A stretch of 37,962 nucleotides of DNA from Bacillota bacterium (lineage in GTDB: Bacteria; Bacillota; Clostridia; Christensenellales; Aristaeellaceae), in the NCBI GenBank assembly GCA_023392755.1, contig JAEWNM010000041.1, positions 1 to 37,962 on the forward strand, read 5' to 3'. Below are positions 18,229 to 27,619 of this stretch, piece after piece (position 1 is the first letter of the stretch; every line of letters begins with the position of its first letter). The notes beneath the pieces are model-generated. The model worked only from the letters and a program-made list of their open reading frames with translations. It ran no database searches and had not been told where the DNA came from. The position numbers and the translations under genes were made by a program.

Positions 18229-19751
18229 ATGCTGGAAAAACGTAACTTTGAAAGCAAGCTCAAACCGATTTGCTACTATATCGGCATTGTTATTGTTGGT
18301 CTGGGGCTGGTGCAGTTTGTTCCTCTGGTCACATCGCTTCTATACGGCGAGTGGCCTGTGCTGATCGATTTTGCCATTGGCGGCTCGTTAACACTGCTGA
18401 TCGGCGGGGTACTGATGCTGCTTTTTTACAAGTACCGCAAGCATAAGCTCAGTTGGGGCGAAGGTATGGTCGTCACCGCAGGTTCCTGGTTTGTGGGCAT
18501 GCTGCTTTGCGCCCTGCCTTACTACCTCAGCGGGAATTATCTGTCATACCTGGACAGCTGCTTTGACGTAATGAGCGGGTTTACCACCACCGGCTTAACG
18601 CTGATCATGGACATGGATCACCTGGCCAACGGCATCAACATGTGGCGCCACCTTTTGACGTTTGTGGGCGGGCAGGGCATGGTGGTGCTGGTTTTGACAG
18701 CGCTTGTCAAAGGTGCCAACGGGGCATACAAAATGTATGTGGGCGAAGGCAAGGATGAGCGGCTGATGCCCAATGTCGTCCATACCGCAAGGTACATCTG
18801 GCTGATCAGCCTGAGCTATCTTGCGGTGGGCACGCTTTGCCTATGGATGGCCGGGATTCTGGCCGGCCTTTCACCGGACCGCGCCTTCCTGCATGGGCTA
18901 TGGGTATTCATGTCCGCATGGAGCACGGGCGGATTCGCGCCCATGTCCCAAAGCATACTCTATTATCACGACACGCTGTATGAAATCATCACCGTTATAT
19001 TCTTTGTCATCGGCTCCTTCAACTTTGCACTGCACTATGCGGCTTTCACAGGCCGCAAGCGCGAGCTGACAAAGAATATCGAAACGCTCTCCTTCACCAT
19101 TACCGTAACAGCGCTCACTTTGCTCGCTACGCTGGGGCTCATGCAGCACAGGGTTTATCCCGGCGCAATGGCGATGTTCCGAAAGGGGTTTTATCAGCTC
19201 ATTTCCGGCCATACCACCACCGGCTTCATGACCCTGTATGCCCGGCAGTTCTACAACGAATGGGGGGACATCGCCCTTTACGCCATCATCACCGCCATGC
19301 TCATCGGCGGCAGCGCCTGCTCCACGGCGGGCGGCTTCAAGGGCCTGCGCATGGGCATTATTTTCAACGCCTTTCGCAAGGATGTAAAGCGCATGGTGCT
19401 GCCGGAATCCATGGTATACGTGCAAAAGTACCACCATATCAAGGACGTCCTGCTGGATGACAACGCCGCAAGAAGCGCGCTCTTGATTGTGATGGCCTAT
19501 GTCATAACCTTGCGCTGGGCACGCTGGCCGGCATGCTGTGCGGCTATCCCTTTGGCCTGTCCGCGTTCGAAGCGGCGTCGGTTACGGGGAACGTGGGGCT
19601 GAGCGCCGGGCTGACCTCATCTGCCATGCCGGCGGCCTTAAAGGTCACGTACATCGTTATCATGTGGCTGGCACGGCTGGAGTTTATGTCCATCCTGGCC
19701 TTGGGCGCATATTTTGCAATGAAGGTGAAAAAGAAATGTCAAAGACAATAG
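18229..19751 (+). pseudogene. trkH: TrkH/KtrB family potassium transporter membrane subunit, interrupted by a frameshift near 19505-19512
   Basis: ORF 18229-19602 carries the TrkH body (MSGFTTTGLT, SAWSTGGFAP, ISGHTTTGF, CSTAGGFKGLRM). The conserved C-terminus (ALGTLAGMLCGYPFGLSAFEAASVTGNVGLSAGLTS...WLARLEFMSIL) is read in another frame ending at 19751. Confidence 0.7.
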
Positions 19752-20233
19752 CCGCCTTCTTCCTTGCCGCCGTCATAATGCTGTCGTTTCCTGCCATGGC
19801 GCTGGCCACGGCGGTATCAAGCACCGATCTGATCGAAGGCGCAAAGGATTTGAACGGGCGGGAAGTGGTGTATGCGGGCGAAGTCATCGGCGACATCATG
19901 ATACGGGGTGATCACGCCTGGGTCAATATATCCGACGGATCAAACGCGATAGGCGTATGGCTGAAAGCCGCGAACATGCAAGGCATTGCCATTCCCGGCA
20001 GGTATGGCGTGCACGGTGATGAAGTAAGGCTGACGGGTGTCTTTTACAGGGCCTGCCCGGAGCACGGCGGAGATATGGACATTCATGCCCGGCAGGCCGA
20101 AATACTGAAAAAAGGCTTTGCGGTGCCCGGCAAGGTCGAGCCGTTCAACGCGGCGGCCGCTGCCGTGCTGATGCTGGGCAATGTGTTTCTTTTTGCATTT
20201 ATGGCCAAAAAGCGGCGCAGCAGCCGCCCGTAA
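19736..20233 (+). CDS. Hypothetical secreted/membrane-anchored protein (signal peptide, about 110-aa beta-rich domain, C-terminal TM anchor)
   Basis: MSKTIAAFFLAAVIMLSFPAMALA signal sequence and C-terminal AAAAAVLMLGNVFLFAFMAKKRRSS. The start overlaps the trkH C-terminal frame by 16 nt. Confidence 0.55.
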   Translation: MSKTIAAFFLAAVIMLSFPAMALATAVSSTDLIEGAKDLNGREVVYAGEVIGDIMIRGDHAWVNISDGSNAIGVWLKAANMQGIAIPGRYGVHGDEVRLTGVFYRACPEHGGDMDIHARQAEILKKGFAVPGKVEPFNAAAAAVLMLGNVFLFAFMAKKRRSSRP

Positions 20234-20264
20234 TCCCTCATTCAAAAACAGTATGCCGCCTTTG

Positions 20265-21347
20265 CTAAAACCATTTCTTCCTTTTGAAGTAATACGCCAT
20301 GCAGCCGGCAATGAGCAGCATCACCATCAGGGCGGCGCCATATCCCCACCGCCACGTGAGCTCCGGCATGTAATGAAAATTCATGCCGTAAACACCGGCG
20401 ACAAATGTCAGCGGAATGAAAATGGTGGAAATAATGGTAAGCACCTTCATGATTTCGTTGAGCTTGTAGCTGGTATTGGAAATGTGCAAATCGGTAAGGC
20501 TGGACAAAAGCTCCCGGCTTGTTTCCGTGGAATCTATGGCCTGTACGATGTGGTTGTACACATCCCGCAGATACGGCTCCGTCTGCGCGCCGATCAAAGG
20601 GGTGGATTCCTTGCCCATCAGGGAAGTTACGTCCCGCAGAGGCCAGATGTATCTGTTCACCTGAAGCAGTGATTTTTTGATACCCCGGATCGCATGCAAA
20701 TGCTCCTGGGAGGTGGCCGCCATCACCTGTTCCTCCTGTGCATCAATCCGCTCGTTCAGCTCTTCCAGCACATCGAAGTACCCTTCCACAATGGCGTCCA
20801 GCAGAAGATAGACCAGGTAATCGGCGCCGGAAGTGCGGACGTGCGCGCCCTTCATTTCAATCCAGCCGCGGATGGCGCCAAAAACATCGCCTTTGAGCTC
20901 GCCAAAGGTAATCACATAGTTTGCGCCAAGCAAAAGGCTTACGTGCTCCGCCACCATCTCGCCCTCGCAAAAGTAAATCATTTTGGCCACGATGTACAAA
21001 AAGTTGGGATACACCTCAATTTTGGCGCGCTGCTCCTTATCGGCGATGTTGTGGATCACCAGCGGATGTATCTGAAAAGCGCCGCAAAGCGCCTCCATCG
21101 TTTCCTGCGTATGCTGCCCGTCCACATTGATCCACCGCACCAGTTCTTTTGGGATATCCGCAAGCGCCGCAAACTCCTCTGTGCGGGAGCAGTCAACCTG
21201 ATATGCCCTTGCCTGCTCCGCGTCATACTCGATGACCTCTATGGCATCGTTACCGCCTGTGCTTTGGCTGTTTTCACGAACCTTCCCTTCCACCCCGGCC
21301 CGCCTCCCATCCAAGAATCCTTGCCGCATCCTGAAGCTTTCATACAA
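20265..21347 (-). CDS. corA: CorA family magnesium/cobalt transporter
   Basis: C-terminal TM pair with the signature YGMNF (VAGVYGMNFHYMPELTW). The start is uncertain (TTG 21347 or ATG 21329). Confidence 0.85.
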   Translation of the reverse strand: MYESFRMRQGFLDGRRAGVEGKVRENSQSTGGNDAIEVIEYDAEQARAYQVDCSRTEEFAALADIPKELVRWINVDGQHTQETMEALCGAFQIHPLVIHNIADKEQRAKIEVYPNFLYIVAKMIYFCEGEMVAEHVSLLLGANYVITFGELKGDVFGAIRGWIEMKGAHVRTSGADYLVYLLLDAIVEGYFDVLEELNERIDAQEEQVMAATSQEHLHAIRGIKKSLLQVNRYIWPLRDVTSLMGKESTPLIGAQTEPYLRDVYNHIVQAIDSTETSRELLSSLTDLHISNTSYKLNEIMKVLTIISTIFIPLTFVAGVYGMNFHYMPELTWRWGYGAALMVMLLIAGCMAYYFKRKKWF

Positions 21348-21382
21348 TCATCTCCTATTCGATGGGTGGCGGAAGAATCCTT

Positions 21383-22324
21383 TTATATGGCGGCACGGTT
21401 CGGCACATCTTTATGCGCCGCTCTGCCGATCAAAATCATGCCTCCGGTGATCAACAGCCCGCCCGCAAGCTGCGCCAAGACAAGCCGTTCTCCCAGGAAA
21501 AGCACGGACAGCAGCGCGGAGGTGAAGGGCATCATGCCTGAATAGGCGGCGGCAGTCAGCGCGCCGCACCTTGAAATACCCTCATACCAGCAGATAAAGG
21601 CCAGCGCCGTCACAAACAGGCCATACCACAAAAGCGCCAGCCACTGGGTAAAGCCGATGGCGGCCAGCCGCCGGGCAGGCTGCTCCAGCAGGGCCGGAAA
21701 AAGACAGAGAGCCAGCGCCATGGCGGATACAATGGCCGTTTGGACAGGCGGCTCCACCGGCCGGGTGGCACCTGACGGTCCTTTTGTTACAAACGCCCTG
21801 GAAAAAACATTGAAAACCGCCTCGCATGCCGCGGCGCAGATTACCAGCATGTTGCCCAGGAAATGGTTTGGGGCAAAGGCGCTGTTCGGCGCCAGCAGGC
21901 CCTGTATCAATAGCACGCCTGCCATGGTCATGCCGATGCCCGCAAGCTTCCTTCCATTGGCTTTCTCCCGCAGAAATGCCATGGCCAGCACCGCCGTAAT
22001 AGCCGGTGTCGCGCTGGTCAATATCCCGGCTTCTGCGGAGCTTGTCATTTTCAGGCCGCTCAGTAAGAACATGCGGAACATAAAAATGCCGCACAGCGCC
22101 TGCAAGGCCAGCAAGAGATACCCTCTTAAGGACAGCCTTTTTATCACGCGCACAATTTTGTGAAAGCAGGCGGGCACAAGAAACATAAGCGCAAAGAACA
22201 GGCTCACCCCCGTAATCGTGAAAACGCCCAGCTTTCCGGATACAAGCCTGCCCGCAACTACACTGGTGCCCGCCAGCGTGAAGGCAAAGATCAGGTACAT
22301 GGGTCCCTTCCTATCCCGCGCCAT
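21383..22324 (-). CDS. DMT superfamily (EamA-like) transporter
   Basis: 313 aa, about 10 predicted TM helices arranged as two EamA-like halves. Divergent from a MocR-type regulator. Confidence 0.8.
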   Translation of the reverse strand: MARDRKGPMYLIFAFTLAGTSVVAGRLVSGKLGVFTITGVSLFFALMFLVPACFHKIVRVIKRLSLRGYLLLALQALCGIFMFRMFLLSGLKMTSSAEAGILTSATPAITAVLAMAFLREKANGRKLAGIGMTMAGVLLIQGLLAPNSAFAPNHFLGNMLVICAAACEAVFNVFSRAFVTKGPSGATRPVEPPVQTAIVSAMALALCLFPALLEQPARRLAAIGFTQWLALLWYGLFVTALAFICWYEGISRCGALTAAAYSGMMPFTSALLSVLFLGERLVLAQLAGGLLITGGMILIGRAAHKDVPNRAAI

Positions 22325-22368
22325 CCTATTTCCTCCCGAAAGACTTTCTTTTGCATGTAAGCCATGGT

Positions 22369-22422
22369 ATGATTATAGTCATCAAACTGGCATGGTAAAG
22401 TGCCAGTTAAATGATGATTATA
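22369..22422. promoter_or_regulatory. Candidate MocR operator region: direct repeat ATGATTATA (x2) flanking the inverted repeat ACTGGCA-N8-TGCCAGT
   Basis: ATGATTATA at 22369-22377 and 22414-22422. ACTGGCA/TGCCAGT at 22386-22407. Lies in the 118-nt divergent intergenic region between the eamA-like and mocR-like genes. Confidence 0.45.
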
Positions 22423-22442
22423 CTAGACCAGTTGGAGGCAAT

Positions 22443-23843
22443 ATGTTGGGCATAAAGCTGAACAGGCAGTCGGAATTGCCGGTCAAGCGCCAGCTGTATG
22501 AAGCGCTGAAAAAGCAGATCACAGGCGGGCAATTGCGCTCGGGCGAAGCGCTGCCCTCCACGCGGGAGCTGGCGCAGGCCTTGGCCATATCCCGCAGCAC
22601 CGTATGCGAATCGTATGAAATGCTCCTGGCGGAGGGCTTTGTTATAAGCCGCCAGGGCGCGCCCACCGTGGTGGCCGATAGCCTTTATGTGGAAAAGCTG
22701 CCGGATGTTATGCCTTGTGATGCCGCGGTTCACACGCCGATTGCCGCCGACTTTTGCACGGGCCGCCCCGATTTGAATCTTTTTCCCAGATTTGTGTGGC
22801 AGCAGATGATGCGCCGCGCCCTTGCACAAACGCCCCTGTCCAGCTATGGGTACACCGGGCCCCAGGGCATGGACGCGCTGCGGGAGGAAATTGCGTCTTG
22901 GCTTTTTCGCTGCCGCGGCCTAACCGTGCATCCTGGCGACGTTTTCATTACCGCAGGCGCGACCCACGCCCTGCACCTGGCCGCCGATTTGTTGCACCGG
23001 GATGGGCAGCGGCTGCTGATTGAGGACCCCTGCCATACGGGAATGCTTCGCACCTTTTTGAACAAAGGCTATAAGGTGATGCCGGTGCCCGTGGATGACC
23101 AGGGCTTGATAACAGACTGCCTGCCGGAGCATGGCGAAAACTTTGCCGTATATGTCACGCCTTCCCACCAGTTCCCGCTGGGCGGCATACTGCCCGCGTC
23201 CCGGCGGGCCGCGCTCATACGCTACGCCCGGGAAAGAGACATGTATGTGATCGAGGATGACTATGACAGTGAATTCCGCTATAGCGGCGAGCCTGTCGCG
23301 CCGCTGTACGCCCTGGACCCCCAGCGGGTGGTTTATGTTGGCACCTTCAGCAAAACGCTTTTCCCGGCGCTTAGGATAGGCTTTGCGCTTTTGCCGCGGC
23401 AGCTTCAAAAACGGTGGCAAACCTTGCGCACCCATACGGATGTGCAAAATTCGCTTTTTGAGCAGGCCGCCTTGGCCCTGCTCATAGATACGCGCAAGCT
23501 TGACAGGCACATTCAGAAAATGCGCAGGGTCTACGGCCAGCGGCGGCAGGCGCTGCTTGACGCGCTTGAGGGCTCCTTTGGCGGCGCGTGGCTTCCCTGG
23601 GGCGATAATGCCGGGCTGCACCTGGCCATACAGTTCCCGGGCATGCGCTTTGACAGCGCGTTCCACAAGCAGTGCCTGCGCCACGGCGTATATGTTACGC
23701 CTGTGGAGCATCATTGCATCAAAAAGGGCCGTCACCTGGACAAACTGCTGCTGGGCTACGGACACCTGACCCCGGAGGAGATATTCCATCACGTCCCGCT
23801 GCTTTTGCAGGCGATGGCCGCATGCAAAAGCAAAAACATATAG
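22443..23843 (+). CDS. MocR/PdxR-type regulator (GntR HTH fused to a PLP-dependent aminotransferase-like domain)
   Basis: wHTH LPSTRELAQALAISRSTVCESYEMLLAEGFVISRQG. Fold-type-I domain with YVTPSHQFPLG and PLP-lysine motif GTFSKTLFPALRIG. Start at ATG 22443 (MLGIKLNRQ). Confidence 0.85.
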   Translation: MLGIKLNRQSELPVKRQLYEALKKQITGGQLRSGEALPSTRELAQALAISRSTVCESYEMLLAEGFVISRQGAPTVVADSLYVEKLPDVMPCDAAVHTPIAADFCTGRPDLNLFPRFVWQQMMRRALAQTPLSSYGYTGPQGMDALREEIASWLFRCRGLTVHPGDVFITAGATHALHLAADLLHRDGQRLLIEDPCHTGMLRTFLNKGYKVMPVPVDDQGLITDCLPEHGENFAVYVTPSHQFPLGGILPASRRAALIRYARERDMYVIEDDYDSEFRYSGEPVAPLYALDPQRVVYVGTFSKTLFPALRIGFALLPRQLQKRWQTLRTHTDVQNSLFEQAALALLIDTRKLDRHIQKMRRVYGQRRQALLDALEGSFGGAWLPWGDNAGLHLAIQFPGMRFDSAFHKQCLRHGVYVTPVEHHCIKKGRHLDKLLLGYGHLTPEEIFHHVPLLLQAMAACKSKNI

Positions 23844-23945
23844 ACAGGCGCGAAAGGATTATCGAAAAAAATCTCTCCCCGCGCCCTTTGGCAAAATGCC
23901 GTGCGGCATATTCAATTTTTCATGGCCAGATATTGTATTTGGCTA

Positions 23946-23975
23946 TTGCCATGCCTGCAACCGGAGTGATATGAT
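23946..23975 (+). promoter_or_regulatory. Candidate sigma-A promoter for the Spo0A-like receiver gene
   Basis: TTGCCA (23946-23951), 18-nt spacer, TATGAT (23970-23975) with TG at the extended -10 position (TGATATGAT). Confidence 0.4.
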
Positions 23976-24015
23976 ATTTTCATAATCAGCAATTGTACGA
24001 AAGTAAGTGAATGTC

Positions 24016-24432
24016 ATGTCGACCGACCTGATCAAGGTATTGGTGGTGGACGACAATAAAGACCTTGCCTCCATCATCAATTGCGTGTTCGCGCAGTACG
24101 CCGACATTGTCCCCGCGGGGGTCGCCTGCAACGGGCTGGAAGCCCTTGATATGATCCGGCGCGCAAAATTCGATGTGGTTTTGCTGGACATCATCATGCC
24201 CGGCATGGATGGCATGCAGGTGCTTTCCAAGCTTCAGCAGATGGAGGGCGATAAGCCAACCGTTATCGTATTGTCGGCCGTGGGCAGCGGACCGGTGATT
24301 GAGCGCGCATTGGAGCTGGGCGCCGACAGCTTTCTTGTCAAACCCGTGGATGCCGCAACCATGATCGAAACAATACGCGCATCCCACAAGGCCCGCCGGA
24401 ACAGCGGCCCGGCCAAACTGCATATCGGATAG
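24016..24432 (+). CDS. Stand-alone response-regulator receiver domain of Spo0A type (no DNA-binding domain)
   Basis: IKVLVVDDNKDL, FDVVLLDIIMPGMDGMQVL and PTVIVLSAVGSGPVIERALELGADSFLVKPVD closely follow the Spo0A receiver pattern (DIIMP.LDG, VI.LSA.GQ......A..LGA.Y...KP). The ORF stops after about 138 aa. A convergent kinase gene begins 85 nt later, so there is no room for a Spo0A_C domain. Confidence 0.7.
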   Translation: MSTDLIKVLVVDDNKDLASIINCVFAQYADIVPAGVACNGLEALDMIRRAKFDVVLLDIIMPGMDGMQVLSKLQQMEGDKPTVIVLSAVGSGPVIERALELGADSFLVKPVDAATMIETIRASHKARRNSGPAKLHIG

Positions 24433-24516
24433 CGCCCTTGGCCCTGTGCCTGGGCAAGATGCGCAAGCCTCCGCCCCGCCAATGACGCCGGAAATGAATA
24501 CCGTCAATTCCCCGCC

Positions 24517-25953
24517 TCACTGCCAATTGAATGTAAAAGCCGTGCCTTCACCCGGTTTGCTTGCAACGGAAATCCGTATTCCATGGCGGCCGGCAATTTG
24601 TTTTGCAATCGCAAGACCCAGGCCGGAGCCTTGGCGGTTTTCCTCCGTTCTGGCCTTGCGAAACCGGTCGAAAATGTAGGGTATATCCTCCGGCGCTATG
24701 CCGCAGCCTTCATCCCGAATCACCGCTTCCCGCTTTGTAAGCGTTACATGCACGGCGCTTGAAGAGGGCGAAAACTTGACGGCATTGTGAAGAACGATCA
24801 TGAACATTTGCCGGAGCCGTCCGTAATCCCCATAAAATTCCACCGGCTCGGCCGGCAGTTCCCGCAAAATGCGTATCCCCTTTTCCCCGGCCATCTGGCC
24901 TGCGCTGCGCAACGCGTCCGAGAGCACCTCATTCAGGCTGAGCGCCGTACGTTCCATGGAAAAATCGGCGCTTTGAAGGCGGCTCAAATCCATCAGGTCA
25001 TTTACCAAGCGGTCAAGCCCCTGCGTTTCCTTGAGCATTTGGCGGTGATAGCTTTCCACCTTAACGGCCTCGCTCACCACACCGTCATTGAGGGCCTCCA
25101 GGGAGCCTCTCAATACGGCGACGGGGGTACGCAGCTCATGGGATACGTTGGCCAGAAAATCGCTGCGCAGCTGCTCCTGCATTTCCCTTTCCTTCCGCGC
25201 TTCCCGCAGCCTGACGATCAGTATGTCTATAGCCTGGGCCAGCTTGCCAATCTCATCCTTTTGCGTGACACCGGTCTGTACGTCATAGTCTCCCCGGGCC
25301 AGGCAAAGTGCGGTTTGTTTCATGCGGTTCAGGGGCTTTGCAAACGCCATGGAAAGCAGCAGCGCCGGCAGGATTGACAACAGCAGCGCAGCGGCCGTGC
25401 TGTACAGCAGGATATCCATTCCCTGGCTTGAGGCTTCCCGCATCCCCGACACGGCATCGTGCAAAAGAAGCGCGCCCACCACCCGATCTCCTACATAAAT
25501 AGGCGCGCCAACAGTCAGCGTGGGCGTTCCAAGCAAGCTGGAGAACCCCTCGCTGAAGGGAACTTTTCCTGCAAACACCTCGCCAACCAGTGTTTCGGCG
25601 TCCTCCGGCAGGTCGCTGTAAACGGGCGCCTGCGCCATTTTCTGGCGCGCCGTCAGCAGCTGCAGATCCTCATCCACAATCCATACATCCGTCATGGCGA
25701 TATCATTGAGCATGCGCAGGTACATGCCGTACCTTCCCTGCCCGCCGCCCATCATGGTCTTTAAGGCCGGGCTGTCAAGATACGTAGTCAGCGTCATGGC
25801 CATGGCCGTGGCCCGCTGCTTCAGTTCCTCTCTTTTCACAAAAAGCGTATGGCGCGTGAAAAGCGTCTGGAATAACCCGCCCACAAGCAGTGCGAATACC
25901 AGCAGCGCCGCGGCAAAGTAAGCCATGAGCTTGAGTGCGATTCTATTTTTCAT
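24517..25953 (-). CDS. Sensor histidine kinase (two TM segments, HAMP, HisKA, HATPase_c)
   Basis: H-box FLANVSHELRTPVAVLRGSLEAL, N box VLHNAVKFSP, G boxes RDEGCGI and GSGLGLAIAKQIA. Overlaps the upstream regulator gene by 11 nt. Confidence 0.9.
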   Translation of the reverse strand: MKNRIALKLMAYFAAALLVFALLVGGLFQTLFTRHTLFVKREELKQRATAMAMTLTTYLDSPALKTMMGGGQGRYGMYLRMLNDIAMTDVWIVDEDLQLLTARQKMAQAPVYSDLPEDAETLVGEVFAGKVPFSEGFSSLLGTPTLTVGAPIYVGDRVVGALLLHDAVSGMREASSQGMDILLYSTAAALLLSILPALLLSMAFAKPLNRMKQTALCLARGDYDVQTGVTQKDEIGKLAQAIDILIVRLREARKEREMQEQLRSDFLANVSHELRTPVAVLRGSLEALNDGVVSEAVKVESYHRQMLKETQGLDRLVNDLMDLSRLQSADFSMERTALSLNEVLSDALRSAGQMAGEKGIRILRELPAEPVEFYGDYGRLRQMFMIVLHNAVKFSPSSSAVHVTLTKREAVIRDEGCGIAPEDIPYIFDRFRKARTEENRQGSGLGLAIAKQIAGRHGIRISVASKPGEGTAFTFNWQ

Positions 25954-26638
25954 CCGCCTTCACCTCAAATTTGTACCCTACGCCCCAAATGGTGCGAATC
26001 TCCCAGCCTATGGGGCCAAAGGATTCCAGCTTGGCCCGCAGCCGCTTGATATGGGAATCCACCGTGCGGCTGTCGCCGAAATAGTCGTAGCCCCATAAGC
26101 TTTCCAGCAGGTTATCGCGGGAAAATACCTTGTTTTTATGGGTGGCCAGCGTCCACAATATTTCCAGTTCCTTTTTGGTGAGCGGCACATCCTGTCCATT
26201 CACCTGCGCAGCATAATCCTCAAGGCGGATAAAAAGGTTTCCCTGGGCAAATGTTTGCTTGGGTGATTCCTGCGCCTTGTCCAGCCTGCGCAGCACGGCG
26301 CGGATGCGCGCCATCACCTCGCCCGGGGAAAAGGGCTTGACAATATAGTCATCGGCACCGATGTCCAGCCCCATAATCCTCTCAAAATCCTCGCCCCTGG
26401 CCGTCACCATGATGATAGGGACTGTGGAGGTTTTGCGTATCTCCCGGCAGACGGCAAACCCGTCCAGCTTGGGCATCATCACATCCAGCAGCACCACATC
26501 CGGCCTGACGCTCAAGAACAAATCAAGCGCCTCCCGTCCATCCGCCGCCACATGCGGCGTATGGCCTTCTTTTTTTACGTATTCCTCCAGAATGGATGCA
26601 ATCTGCCGGTGATCGTCCGCAATCAGAATCGCTGCCAT
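25943..26638 (-). CDS. OmpR/PhoB-family response regulator
   Basis: ILIADDHRQI, DVVLLDVMMPKLDG, DYIVKPF and winged helix LTKKELEILWTL...VWGVGYKF. Start at MAAILIADD follows RBS AGGAGG. Confidence 0.9.
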   Translation of the reverse strand: MAAILIADDHRQIASILEEYVKKEGHTPHVAADGREALDLFLSVRPDVVLLDVMMPKLDGFAVCREIRKTSTVPIIMVTARGEDFERIMGLDIGADDYIVKPFSPGEVMARIRAVLRRLDKAQESPKQTFAQGNLFIRLEDYAAQVNGQDVPLTKKELEILWTLATHKNKVFSRDNLLESLWGYDYFGDSRTVDSHIKRLRAKLESFGPIGWEIRTIWGVGYKFEVKADEK

Positions 26639-26811
26639 ACGCCCCTCCTGCTTTTCTTTCATTATAGCACAGCATACCATTGCCTTATGGCAAAATTGTG
26701 TCATTTGTCAGCCTTACCCTGCCCGCAACGCCGCGCATTTTTTCCCGAAAAAACAAAATTCCGCCACACTCGCAAAGTACCATAAAGCCACAGCTAAGGA
26801 TGCTGATTGAA

Positions 26812-27447
26812 ATGAAAGAGGTGAACCTTTTGAAAATCACAAAGACCCCGGTTATCTTGCTGGCTCTTGTCCTGGCCGTGACCATCCCCGCACTGGCTTT
26901 GGCCGAAAATGCATCCGGCTCCACCGCGCCCAAAACGAATTACACCGCCGAAGAAATGCTTGCCCTGGCCATTGAGGATGAATACCTGGCGCAGGCGCAG
27001 TACAAGGCCGTTATGGATGCGTTTGCGCTGGACCGGCCTCTTTGCAGCCTTCTGCGGGCCGAAAGCATGCATATAGCCGCCCTGTCTGCGCTGATGCAGG
27101 CCCATGATATTCCGGTCCCGGAGGATGCCGCCGCCGGCCAGGTAAAAGTACCCGCCACGCTTACGGAAGCTATTTCAGCGGGCGTAGAAGCCGAAACGAA
27201 AAACATCGCGATGTATGAATCCTTCCTGGCCCAGGACAATCTGCCAGAGGATCTGCGCACCGTCTTTACGTCGCTGAAAAACGCATCCGAAAATCACTTG
27301 AACGCATTTCTCCGCACAGAACAGCGCACCGGCACGGGCCGGAACACCATGATGAACAGGCAAATGCCCGGCAGGGGCCGGCAGGGCCGCATGCAAAGAA
27401 ACGGCGGTGCCTGTGACGGCAATTGTTTGGGCCTGCCCAACGACTGA
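26812..27447 (+). CDS. Secreted ferritin-like DUF2202-type protein
   Basis: Signal peptide KITKTPVILLALVLAVTIPALALA and two ferritin-like helical repeats (EEMLALAIEDEYLAQAQYKAVMDAF; EAETKNIAMYESFL...ASENHLNAF). The start is ambiguous (ATG 26812, or TTG 26830 with RBS AAGAGGTGA). Confidence 0.6.
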   Translation: MKEVNLLKITKTPVILLALVLAVTIPALALAENASGSTAPKTNYTAEEMLALAIEDEYLAQAQYKAVMDAFALDRPLCSLLRAESMHIAALSALMQAHDIPVPEDAAAGQVKVPATLTEAISAGVEAETKNIAMYESFLAQDNLPEDLRTVFTSLKNASENHLNAFLRTEQRTGTGRNTMMNRQMPGRGRQGRMQRNGGACDGNCLGLPND

Positions 27448-27484
27448 GCGCCGGCAATGCCAATTTGATTAGTTAATGCAAAAA

Positions 27485-27516
27485 CCCTTCCGGCCGCGTG
27501 GACGGAAGGGCTTTTT
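27485..27516 (+). terminator. Intrinsic terminator after the DUF2202 gene
   Basis: CCCTTCCG-gccgcgtgga-CGGAAGGG followed by CTTTTT. Confidence 0.75.
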
Positions 27517-27619
27517 GCCATTCATCGGCCTTTGTTTGAACAGGCGGTTTTTTTGGTATGGTATTAGCACCGCAATCCCCCGGCACCATTACCCAGGCAG
27601 TAAGTATATGGAGGCTTAT

